Assembly: GCA_963575745.1 (NCBI GenBank) | Contig: CAUYUJ010000069.1 | Location: forward strand, 1-64,000 | Direction of reading: 5' to 3' | DNA: 64,000 nt | Source of the DNA: Prorocentrum cordatum | Lineage: Eukaryota | Shown here: one piece after another, positions 49,310 through 59,999 of the stretch | Numbering within the stretch: the first letter of the stretch is position 1 | Layout: each line of letters starts with the position of its first letter | Translations under genes and position numbers: made by a program | The notes under the pieces: model-generated | Told to the model about the DNA's origin: nothing | Seen by the model: only the letters and a program-made list of their open reading frames with translations | The model's database searches: none

Positions 49310-49391
49310 CCTCGGGGCGGTCCCTCGACGGCCCCGGAGGGGCAGGCCGAGAAGCCGAGGAGGATGCAGATCCTCTCGGGACGACCGACAG

Positions 49392-49596
49392 CCCAGATGG
49401 TCTGGTACCGGAAATTTTCGGTAGCGATTTCGACGCACCCCGAATTTCGGTCGCGACCGGATCTTCGTTCGAGGGCGTTGAAATAGCGGATTTCGGAACG
49501 TTCTGATACCGGTATTGGGCGCTGCATTTCGGTTTTTCGGTAGCGACCGATCTCTGCGGAGCGCTACCGGAAATTTTCGGTAGCGGACCATCAGGG
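49392..49596. mobile_element. MITE, CCC...GGG ends, ~35-bp TIRs, apparent 2-bp TSD AG
   Basis: CCCAGATGGTCTGGTACCGGAAATTTTCGGTAGCG vs CGCTACCGGAAATTTTCGGTAGCGGACCATCAGGG. Confidence 0.7.
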
Positions 49597-49877
49597 AGGG
49601 GCAATTACGGAATATTAGAAAGGGAGGGTAATTACGGAAGCCGAGGACTTAGTGGGCCCTGGAAACGACAGGGCCGTTGTTTTGCCGGTTCCGTTTTGCC
49701 GTTTTTGTTGCGGGTTTCAGCGCAGTTTTTTGACCGTTGCCGTCGCCGTGTTGCGACCGGTTCCGGCTCCAGTTCCAATCTTGGAGCCGTTTTTTTGGCC
49801 GTTTCCGGTCGCCGTTTTTTCGGAGCGTTTCCTCGACGGCCACGGAGGGGGCCAAGAAGCCGAGGAGGATGCAGATC

Positions 49878-50049
49878 TCGGGGGTGGGCAGAACTCCCAA
49901 CAGTGACACGTCGATTCGTGAATTGTCCGTTTTCGGTGCTCGAGAGGGCGCCGCGGGCGTTATTTTCCAGGCTTGCTCCCGCCAGGTTTGTGCCTCGGGT
50001 CGTTTTCACTAAACCACGTTTTACTAAAGGGAGGTTTGTCCATCCCCGA
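49878..50049. mobile_element. 172-bp MITE, TCGG...CCGA ends, 5-bp TSD AGATC
   Basis: Same family as 44799-44970; empty site gaggatgcagatcctctcgggacgaccgacag at ~49360-49391. Confidence 0.92.
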
Positions 50050-51559
50050 AGATCCTTTCGGGACGACCGACAGGGGTACGGAAAGCATGGGTGCGATGCC
50101 CAGCAGCAGTCCCTTCTTCCTTGTGATCAGGGCTCGCTGTCCGCGCCGCCGAGGCCCGTGTCCACTTGAGACGGGAGGCCGCCTGCCCAACAGCGGCCGC
50201 TGCTGGTTTGGGCAAACGTTTGTTGTTGGGCATTGTACCCATTCTTTCCGTACCCATTCCGGGCGTCCAAATCCTCGGCCGCGTTAAGCTTAGGTCGGGC
50301 CTGTCTCTTTGCAGGGAGATTGTCGACGACAAATTAGAAATACCTCAGAAATTCACCAAACAGGTCAAAACACACCTCCAAAATGGTCCCCAGACTATTT
50401 TTGGACTATTTTTTTGATTATTTGTGGGGTATCATTTATTCTTCGTCGAAGATCCCCCTGTAGGGGGACAGGCCCGACTTACATCGAAGCAGCGACAACG
50501 CCGTAAGCATGACCCTCTGGCGCTCCGCGCGGACTTCTCGGATCCGCGTGGGGGGGGCCCTCCGGCGCCGCCCCTGGCGCGCTCCGCGCGCCAGTGCGGG
50601 GGTGGTCCAGCGCAGATCCAAGAATCAGGAGGGAAAGAAACACACAGACACAATTAATCGTCGATTCCCCAGAAAATATGGGAAAATATGGGAAGTGGGG
50701 GGGAAGACAAAAACCCAGAAAATATAGGAAAATATAGGGAATCTTTTTATTTGTGTGTCCTGGGGCCCCTTCAAAGAAGTCCGCGCGGAGCGCCAGCAGT
50801 TTGTGTTTTTCAGCGTTTCTCTTCTTCTATTTCAGGCGATCGGTTGTTTCGTTATCGATGTTGTGAATCTTGATGGAGCCTCTGTTCTTGTCTGTTGTTT
50901 TATTGTCGATTGTTTTTTTTTATGAGGATTCTCTTTCTACTGTTTTCTCATCTATTGTTTTCTTTGAATGGGGCGTGGATTGTTGATTGCTTCCTTATCG
51001 ATTGTTTTGTCGATCGGCGCGGGCCCTCGCACCCCCGCCCTTTCCCCCCCCATGGAGTAGATCTTGGCTGCTTCTGGCGCCTGTTTCGAGCAGGCGGAGT
51101 CTTCCCCATAGGACGCACGGTTCCAAACGGTCGCACCAAGCAGAGTTCCGGAGCCAACCCCCCCCCTCCCCCATTCCCCCCAATGTCGAGACGCCGACTA
51201 AAAAAAACGTTCACTCAGCGACGGGTCCCGTTTCCAGGGGATGCAAGGTGCTAGTTCGAGGATGGCCCGCCTCGCGAGCGCGCGCGCTCTTAGGAAGAGG
51301 AGGGCCAGCGGGACGAGTCCACGTCTGGCCCACATGGCGCAAGCGGGACCTGAGCCACGGGGGGGGGGGCATCCTGTGCGCCATGGGTCGTGCTTATGGA
51401 TGGCTCCAGCTCTTTCTAGGCGGCCGTTGACACTTCCAAGGCTCCCGCGGATCCACCACTGGCCCACGTGGGATGCTGCCGCGTCTTCAGCACCGCGCGT
51501 GTATCGCTGGAGAGGCGCGCGCATTTGATGTACGCCGTCCGTACCCGCGATCGCAAGCA

Positions 51560-51915
51560 CGGATCAAGGGGGCGTGGATTAGCGACGGGTCCCGTTTCCG
51601 GGGGAAAACGCGGATTTCCGCCGCCGAGCGAGGCGGCTCCGGCGGCATTTTGGGGAGGGCACTTGCCCCGATCCATGGATTTGGCGACCGCGCGCCAGAT
51701 CCATGAATCGCTAATCCATGTTAGCGCGCCCCCGATGTATAGGAGGAGTCTTCAAAGATAGTCAGAAAATAGCATCGGGACGATTGTTTGTAGTATTCGT
51801 TGACAGGGATCGCTAATCCATGTCTGCGCGCCCCTGGTGCTTGTCCGCGTCGCGAGGTGATCTGGGATCTGGGGCCCCCCCTCCTGCTTCCAGGCTTCCC
51901 ACCGGTGCAGCTCCA
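51560..51915. repeat. dispersed repeat, paralog of 37035-37405
   Basis: Shared gcgacgggt(t/c)ccgtttccgggg...gatgtataggaggagtcttcaaagatag...cagggatcgctaatccat. Confidence 0.8.
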
Positions 51916-53915
51916 CAAAACAGGGCCGACGGCGCCGACGTTTTCAGGAGAGAACAAAAATCACGCAGACACAAATAATCGTCGATTCCCCCAGAAAATA
52001 TGGGAAAATATGGCAAGTGGGGGGAAGACAAAAACCTTTAAAATGTTGGAAAAGATGTGGAATATTTTCATTTGTGTGTATTTATTTGTGTGTCTCAGGG
52101 CCCCTTCACATTCGCGCGTGAGCTGCCCGTGTGAGATCGCGCTCAAGCGGCCCCGTTTCCAGTGTGGCGTGCCGCGCTGGCGGCCCGCGCAAGCCACCGC
52201 GCAAGCTCGGTAGGGCATCTCGCGTAGGAGCCGTTTCTGTTCGTCGTTCAAGTTGGGCCCGAGCAGATGGGTTCGGAGGATCGCGCCGCGTCGCCGTCGC
52301 GACGGCGATGCGGTTCGCTGCGGAGCCCAGTGCATCGCCGACGCCTCGGCGATGCGTCGCCGATGCGGCACGATCCTCCGACCCCTCCTCCTCCTCCTCC
52401 TTCCTCCTCCTCCTCCTCCTCCTCCTCCTCCTCCTCCTCCCCCTCCTCCTCCTCCTCCTCCTCCCCTCCTCCTCCCCCTCCTCCTCCTCCCCCTCTCCTC
52501 CCCCTCCTCGGCACCCCACCCGGGAGGCCTCTGCTCCGCCGGGCGCCCGGTCTTGCCGTCCCTCCACCCCGCCCCGCCCCGCCCCTGCGGCGCGGAGGTG
52601 GCGCTGCTGGCGTGCGGGGCGCTTGCCGCGGCGGGCAGGGTGCGGCCCAGGGCCGAGGCATCTCGAGAGGAGCGGCTCCGCGGTACCGAGAATCAGAGAG
52701 GACCCAATCCACTTTATGCTCAGGAATCGCCCAATGGTACATGCCCGACCTAATGGTACACTTGAGCGACGCAACCAAATGGGGTCGACTGCGCCGACAT
52801 TGGCGCGTAAGCTGCCCGTGTAAGGTCGCGCGTAAGCGCCCTCGTCTCCAATGTATCGTGCCGCGCTGACTGCCCGCGTGAGCCACCGAGTAAGGCTTAG
52901 GTCGCTATGCCATCTCGCGTGAGATCCGTTTTTGATCGTCGCTCATTTCGAGGATGCCTGTGCGCCAGAGATCTCATCCACCGCCGCCCAGTGGGGGAGG
53001 AGAGCCCCGGGGTCCGGGCATCACCCTTCGTTTGATGCTGTTTTTTCCTCAGCCACTCGATCATGGAACGGGTGGAACGGTTGTGTGTTGAGGATCGCTT
53101 CTTGAGGAAGGTGTCATATTCCCCTAATAGCTTTTCGCTGGATGGTTCGACTGGTCGTAAAGGAAAGACCACCGAAGAGTCCCACAAGAGCTGAGGAGCC
53201 CGAGAACGCCAGTGCCGGCAGCCGTTTCGCTTGAGACTCGTTCACAGTGGCAACGGATTCTCGTCTCCATGCTCCCGTCTCCATGCTGACTTCACTTTCC
53301 GTCCGGGCGGCCACAGTCCTTTCTGTGAAGAGCACGTTGCGGTGCACATGGCCGTGCTCGCACCGTTGTCGCACGGCCTCGACGCTTAGACATACACGCC
53401 GGTCGTTGAAAGTAGGTATTTCTGGATTCCCAGATCCCAATCTACTTCAAGCGCCTTCCTACTTCAAGAATCGACATGCTTTTGCTGTGTTTTGTTATTC
53501 TCTGGGAGGGCCTGGACCCAATCCACTTCATCCGCCTTCCTACTTCATGTTTCTACCTACTTCTTCCGACCGACGTGTACACTACGGCGCACATATCCGT
53601 GCACCGGCCCCTGCGTTCTCCTCAGACATGCTCATCCTGCGTCTCTCGCCCGGCCACGGACGGCCCCCTGTGAAAACGTACCACGATGCACGTGGCCGTG
53701 CTCTCGTTGCTGCCTCCACCCTGTCGAAGGCCACCATCCTTTCTTCAGAGCGTGAATTACCTACCCCGCTTTCGCTTCCAGGCAAAATCAAGTCATACCA
53801 CGCGCCTCCTCGTCAAGCGGCCTGACCAGTACAGGCCGTAGTTTGACATCGTTTGGTATCTCTTGGAAGCGAGGGTGGTCAAAAGCGAGGTAGGTTTGTT
53901 TTCCCCCTATTTCTA

Positions 53916-54092
53916 TCGGCGGCGAGCGAGGGGGGGAAGTGAGAATGAGAAGGCCTTCTCAGAAGGTTCGGAAGCCCCCCGGCTTTCTGCCCCGAAGGCA
54001 GAAGCAAATTCTCAGGAGGCGCGAGGGGTTCTGAGAAGTCCCGCCACCCTCTGAGAAGGCCTTCTCCTCGTTTCCCCCTCCCTCGCTGCCAA
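53916..54092. mobile_element. older MITE, TCGG...CCAA ends, degenerate 5-bp TSD (TTCTA/CTCTA)
   Basis: TIRs containing gagaaggccttctcaga; relatives at 46290-46340 and 46816-47005. Confidence 0.6.
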
Positions 54093-54719
54093 CTCTAGCA
54101 GAATGCAGAGAGGTGCCTCTCGCCGTGCTGTCTACTCTGCCACAAGGCCACGATCCCTTGTACAAGCATGCGCTACCGTGGACACTGCCGTGCTGCCGCC
54201 ATGGCACACGGCCACGATCCCGTGATCAAAGTGTGCAATTTTGCGCATGGCCGCGCTCCCACCCACAGCCACACGGCCACGATCCCATGTAAGAAACAGT
54301 ATGGTGCACATGGCTGTGTTCAGAGCGTGAATTACCTACCCCGCTTTCGCTTCCAGGCAAAACCAAGTCATACCACGCGCCTCCTCGTCGAACGGCCTGA
54401 CCAGTAACCCGAGGAAGCATTTAAGAACCCCCCCGGCGATATCTTAGCACCGCATTTTTACTCGATATTCCGAGGGGCCGAAATAACCGAACGATAGGTT
54501 TAGCACCCGGACACAGAACAAATTCGCGGAGGCCTGGCCCCTGGAAAACGAGGCGTGCTAAGAGGCCTGCCTGGGAGCCTGCTTAGACGCCTGCTCAGGA
54601 GCCTGCTCAGAGGCCTGCGTCTGCTTCTGCTTAGGAACCTGCTCAAAGGTCTGCTTCGGAGGTCTGAGAGGCCTGCTTCGGGACCTCTCTGAGAGACCTG
54701 CTGAGGACCCTTCCCAAAC

Positions 54720-56090
54720 AAGCTTTCCCTGCTCCTGCTTCTCCTCCTTTTCCTGCTCATGTTCCTTGTCTTGCTCCTCCTTCTCCTCTCCTCCTCCTCC
54801 TCCTCCTCCTCCTCCTCCTCCTCCTCCTCCTCCTCCTCCTCCTCCTCCTCCTCCTTCTCCTCCTCCTCCTCCTCCTCCTCCTCCTTTCTCTCTTCTGATC
54901 TGCTGGCCTCTTGGAAGAGATTTCTCATTCAAAACCCTTCTAGAAATTGATTTTCATCGGCCGTCCTAGGGGGAGGTCCACGAGAGGGTATCCCGCCCCC
55001 CCCCGCACCGTGGCGTTATCTTAGCACCCGGCCACGCGAAAAAACAATCCAGTTCTATTCCTGCGGGTGTCCTAGGGATTCCTAAGGATTTATTTAGGAT
55101 TCTTAAGGATTCCCCTACGATTCCTGCGCATTCCTAAAGCTTTCTGTGGATTCCTCAGAATTCCAGAAGACTCTTTTAAATTCCTGAGGGCTCGTCACAA
55201 ATTCCAGGGCATTCCTCATGAATGTTAGGATTCCTAAGGATTCCTACAGGGTCCTCAGGATTCCTGAGGATTCCTAGAGATTCCTAAACATTCGTTCTCC
55301 TCCTTCTCTTCCTCCTCCTCCTCCTCCTCCTCCTCCTCCTCCTCCTCCTCCATCTCCTCCTCTCCTTCCAGTGCTTCAGACTTGTGAGCGACGCTTCCAT
55401 CTCATCAAGAATCCAATCTGACCTGGGCAAGACACAGGACAATCTGCCGACGATCCGTTCTGAATCAACTGGAAAGGCTGAGAAACCTGGGAAAGCTGAG
55501 AAACCTGGGGAAGCTGAGAAACCTGGGAAAGCTGAGAAAACTGAGACAACTGAGAAGCTTTCCCTGCTCCTGCTTCTCCTCCTTTTCCTGCTCATGTTCC
55601 TTGTCTTGCTCCTCCTTCTCCTCTCCTCCTCCTCCTCCTCCTCCTCCTCTCCTCCTCCTCCTCCTCTCCTCCTCCTCCTCCTTCTCCTCCTCCTCCTCCT
55701 CCTTCTCCTCCTCCTCCTCCTCCTCCTTTTCTCTCTTCTGATCTGCTGGCCTCTTGGAAGAGATTTCTCATTCAAAACCCTTCTAGAAATTGATTTTCAT
55801 CGGCCGTCCTAGGGGGAGGTCCACGAGAGGGTATCCCGCCCCCCCCGCACCGTGGCGTTATCTTAGCACCCGGCCACGCGAAAAAACAATCCAGTTCTAT
55901 TCCTGCGGGTGTCCTAGGGATTCCTAAGGATTTATCTAGGATTCTTAAGGATTCCCTCACGATTCCTGCGCATTCCTAAGACTTTCTGTGGATTCCTCAG
56001 GATTCCAGAATCCAGAAGACTCCTTTAAATTCCTAAGGGCTCGTCAAAAATTCCAGGGGATTCCTCATGAATTTAAGGATTCCTAAGGGG
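54720..56090. repeat. ~540-bp block duplicated (54720-55260, 55555-56090) with (CCT)n and ggattccta repeats
   Basis: Direct comparison from agctttccctgctcctgc onward. Confidence 0.85.
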
Positions 56091-56689
56091 CAGGAGGAAG
56101 TTCGTGGGTGGAGGAGAGGAGGAGGAGGAGGAGGAGGAGGATGAGGAGGAGGAGGAGGAGGGCTCCTGGTGCCAGGTAACGCTTCCAGGGTGCGGAAGGG
56201 TTATCGATTTGCCGGAAGGGGGGGGGGGGGTCTTAAATGCTTCTTACAGGCCGTGGTTTGGCATCGTTTGGCATCTCTTGGAAGCGAGGCTGGTCAAAAG
56301 CGAGGTAGGTTTGTTTTCCCCCTATGTGTCCTCACCCCTGTCACGCCTTCGGGTCGGGCGAAAGGGGGGGATTGGGAACGGGGGGGGGGTACGAAATTTG
56401 CTGCATGCAGCTGGTTTCGGCCCCGCCGAGGGGCCCATTCCTCGAAACATGGCCGCCTCCGGCGCCGGGAGGCGCCGGGAAAATCAGCTGCGTGAGCTGA
56501 TTCTCAAACCCCCCCTTTGCTATCCCCCCCTTTCGCCCGACCCGAGTTATGTCGGTCGCGTCCCCCTACAGGAGGATTTTCGACGAGAAATAAAAAATGT
56601 ACCCCCAAAATACATCCAGAGGGCCCAAACATGTTCAAAACATAGTCCCCGGATTATTTTTGGATTATGTTTTGGCTACTTTTGGGGTA

Positions 56690-56853
56690 CACCTTAGGCG
56701 ATGCTTAAGAAAACCTAAGTTTTCGTCCAGAGTCTCGATTATTCTTAACGTTTTAATGTAAATCCCAAGATTTTGATAGAAGTTCTTGGTTTTATTCAAT
56801 TTCTGAGACTATGAATTTCTTAACCCATGATTTCTTAAGCATTTCGCAGGGTG
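56690..56853. mobile_element. TA-flanked CACC...GGTG MITE nested in a TTATGTCGG-family MITE
   Basis: Empty site ttggggtattgcttattttt at 36931-36950 has a single TA. Confidence 0.85.
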
Positions 56854-58827
56854 TATTGCTTATTTTTCGTCGAAAATCCCCCTGTCACGCCCAGCAACTC
56901 GTGGGAAGACGCACGAAGGCCCGTTTTTTCGCTCGCCGACCTCCCGCATCTTCAATTCGGCTGCCACTCGTCAGGAGGGGGAAAAAAAAACACACACAGA
57001 CACAATTCATCGGCGATTCCCCAGAAAATATGGGAAATATGGGGAGTGGGGGGGAAGACAGAAGCCCAGAAAATATGGGAAAATATGGTGGATATTTTTA
57101 TTTGTGTGTATTTATTTGTGTGTCCCAGCTCCCCTTCACAATTTGGCTGCCATTCGTCAGGAGGGGGAAAAAAAAAACACAGACGCAATTCATCGTTGAT
57201 TCCCCAGAGGATATGGGAAAATATGGGAAGTGGGGGGGAAGACAGAAGCCCCAAAAATATAGGAACGTATGGGGAATCGTTGTATTTGTGCGTGTTTATT
57301 TGTGTGTCCTGGGGCCCCTTCAATTAGGGAGCGTTGCTGGGGCAATCTGTGCACACCTGGCTCTCACGTCCGGCGTCGGGCCCCCGGATCCCCACGGATC
57401 GAGCCAGCCCGACAAGTGTTGCAGACGACGGTGTCGACGAGTGCCTAGTAGCTCTTCGCTAGAGCGGTCTCATATGATGAGCCTGTTTTCCACCACCACC
57501 ACCAGAAGTTGGAGGGGGGATGAGGTCCTCCTCCTCCTCCTCCTCCTCGTCTTCCTTCTCCTCTTCGTCCTCCTCCTCGTCCTCGTCCTCCACCTCCTTA
57601 CCCCTCCAACTTATGGTGGTGGTGGTGGTGGAAGACAGGCCCATCATTACATGTAAAGATGGGCCACAGAAGAGTCCCACGGGGACGGGGCGCCCGCGAA
57701 CGGCGGCAGACGTTTCGCTGCCTGCAGACGTTTCGCTGCCGGCAGACGTTTCGCTGCCGGCCGTTTTCACAACCTGTGCAGGAATCGTACTTTGCCGCCA
57801 CGCGGGGTCCGGACGGCCACGATTGCTGTATCATAGTGCATTCCAGTGCACATGGCCGTGCTCTCACCGTTGTCACACGGCCACAGTCCTTTGTAAGAGG
57901 CATGAAGTGCGGCGCATGTGCATGGCCGTGCTTTCGCACCTGTCATGATTGCGGTCACCATCCTTTGTTCAAACATGTACTGCGGTACACATGGTCATGA
58001 TCTCGCCCCAGCCACGCGGCCACGATCCCGAGCAAAGATGCATTGCGGTGCACGTGGTCGTGCTCCCACCCCTGACACACGGCCACGAGCCCTTGCAAAA
58101 GCTTTGGACGGTGCACATGGCCGAGCTCTCACACTTGCCATTCTCCAGGATAGGGATACCTAGGGATGCCTAGGGATACCTAGGAATGCCTTGGGATACC
58201 TAGGAAAGCCTTTCATTGGCCGAGTTCCTGTTCCTAGACCCGCATCTTCACCTTTGGCTATGATGGTTCTTTGTCGGGGAGGTCTTCACAATGCTGCATT
58301 TTTAGGTGCATCGCATGTCGGGGGGGAGGGGGAGGAGGAGGAGGAGGAGGAGGAGGAGGAGGAGGAGGAGGAGGAGGAGGACGAGGGCCCGTGGTTTCAA
58401 AACCCTGACGACTTGAGTAAATCAAGGCAGAGGTTCTTTGCTTTCTTCGGCCCCGATTGCAATTCCTGGGACCCGGCAGCGCCAATGCCAAAGGAACGAC
58501 TCGCAATGACTCCGAAGGGATGTCGGGACCAGGGACAGAACATGGCTCAGGAGGGGAAAAAACACGCAGACACAATTAATCGTCGATTCCCCAGGAAAAG
58601 ATAGGAACATATGGGAAGCGGGGGGGGGGAAAACAAGAACCCCAGAAAATATTTGAAAATATGTGGAATCCTGTTATTGTGTGTGTTTATTTGTGTGTCC
58701 CAGGGCCCCCTCAATGGCGCCTGGAGACCCGAGGCGGAGGAGGGATGGATGCTCCTTGGCTGGGGGTGCCGAAGAGTGGGGGGATCTCTCCACGGCTGGG
58801 GGGCACAGCATCAGGGAAACAAAAAGT

Positions 58828-58990
58828 GGCATAAAAATAAAAACTCGGAGGTCCGCGCGGATTTCTCGGATCGGCGCTGGGGCCCCCCGGCGGCGCCTCG
58901 GGCGCCGCCCCTGGCGCGCTCCGCGCGCCAGGGAGGGGGGTCCAGCGCCGATCCGAGAAATCCGCGCGGACCTCCGATTTTTTTTATGCC
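58828..58990. mobile_element. fold-back element, 36-bp perfect inverted core; second copy at 59749-59918
   Basis: TCGGAGGTCCGCGCGGATTTCTCGGATCGGCGCTGG and its exact reverse complement ending at 58977. Confidence 0.75.
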
Positions 58991-59292
58991 CATAGCATTT
59001 TTTTTTTCCGCACGCAGCTTCCAGGCATCAAGGCCCCCTTTGGTGTTTTTCGGGTGACGGCAGTTCCGGTTCGCGGAACGGGGCGGGGGGGACGCCCCCA
59101 GGTACACATCACGAAACCAGGTTCCACGAAATCCAGTTCTGCCAACGCCCGACAGGAGGGGGGGTGACGACTGGGTCTAGCAGTGGCGAAGAGTTCTGGC
59201 TCGCCTACAGCCCTACCAAACAATGTTGTAAGAACTTTTTGTGGTTTCCACGAAGTGTTCTTAGAACATTTCTGGCGAATCAATCTAAGCCT

Positions 59293-59553
59293 CCTGAATG
59301 GGGTCCGAGCAGATGGGGTCGGAGGATCGCGCCGCATCGCCGATGCATCGAGGATGCGGCTCGATGTTGAGACCGTATTTCCACACGCCGACGTCGCCGA
59401 CGCATCTCCGACGCATCGCCGACGTCGCCGATACATCGCCGATGCATCGCCGATACATCGCCGATGCATCGCCGATGCATCGCCGATGCATTGGCGATGC
59501 ATTGGCGATGCGGCGCGATCCTTCGACCCCATCTGCTCGGACCCCATCTAGGA
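59293..59553. mobile_element. fold-back element with ~55-bp TIRs enclosing (CATCGCCGATG)n
   Basis: ATGGGGTCCGAGCAGATGGGGTCGGAGGATCGCGCCGCATCGCC and its inverse; partial relative at 52255-52385. Confidence 0.7.
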
Positions 59554-59999
59554 TGCCTCTAATCAAGGCCCCCTCTGGTTCTTTCGATGCATCTCCTGGC
59601 CTCTCCCCGCGCACGTGCCTGGGGCCACGAGGCGCTCCTCCAGCCCTCTCCCTGGCCTCCCCTTCCGTTCTCCAGCGCACGCGCCCTGGTTCGGGCGCAC
59701 GTTGAGATCTTCAGCGGGCGAAGAAGGGCATACATAGGGGAACAAAACGTGACATAAACATAAAACTCGGAGGTCCGCGCGGATTTCTCGGATAGGCGCT
59801 GGGCCCCCCGGCGGCGCCTCGGGCGCCGCCCCTGGCGCGCTCCGCGCGCCAGGGAGGGGGGTCCAGCGCCGATCCTAGAAATCCGCGCGGACCTTCGAGT
59901 TTTTTATGTTTATGTCACTTGTTGATCCCATAAAGAAGGGCATACAACAAATTACGCCGGAGTGAAAACCGCAATTCGTGGATTTGTGAATGTTCGCAT

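Larger units (their letters stand above)
32995..58385. repeat. numerous dispersed (GAG)n/(CCT)n microsatellite tracts (e.g. 32995-33085, 33897-33953, 38029-38167, 39060-39258, 40561-40920, 45168-45390, 52385-52508)
   Basis: Direct reading; these account for the poly-E/R/G/P/S/L ORFs in the track. Confidence 0.9.

Noticed and set aside
52897..53440. Unique-looking sequence as a host exon
   Set aside because: No recognisable protein similarity or splice support from sequence alone.
32527..58604. Long ORFs rich in poly-E/R/G/P/S/L (e.g. 32527-33540, 38615-39739, 40113-41174)
   Set aside because: They arise from (GAG)n/(CCT)n tracts and GC-rich repeats, cross MITE boundaries and show no recognisable domain.
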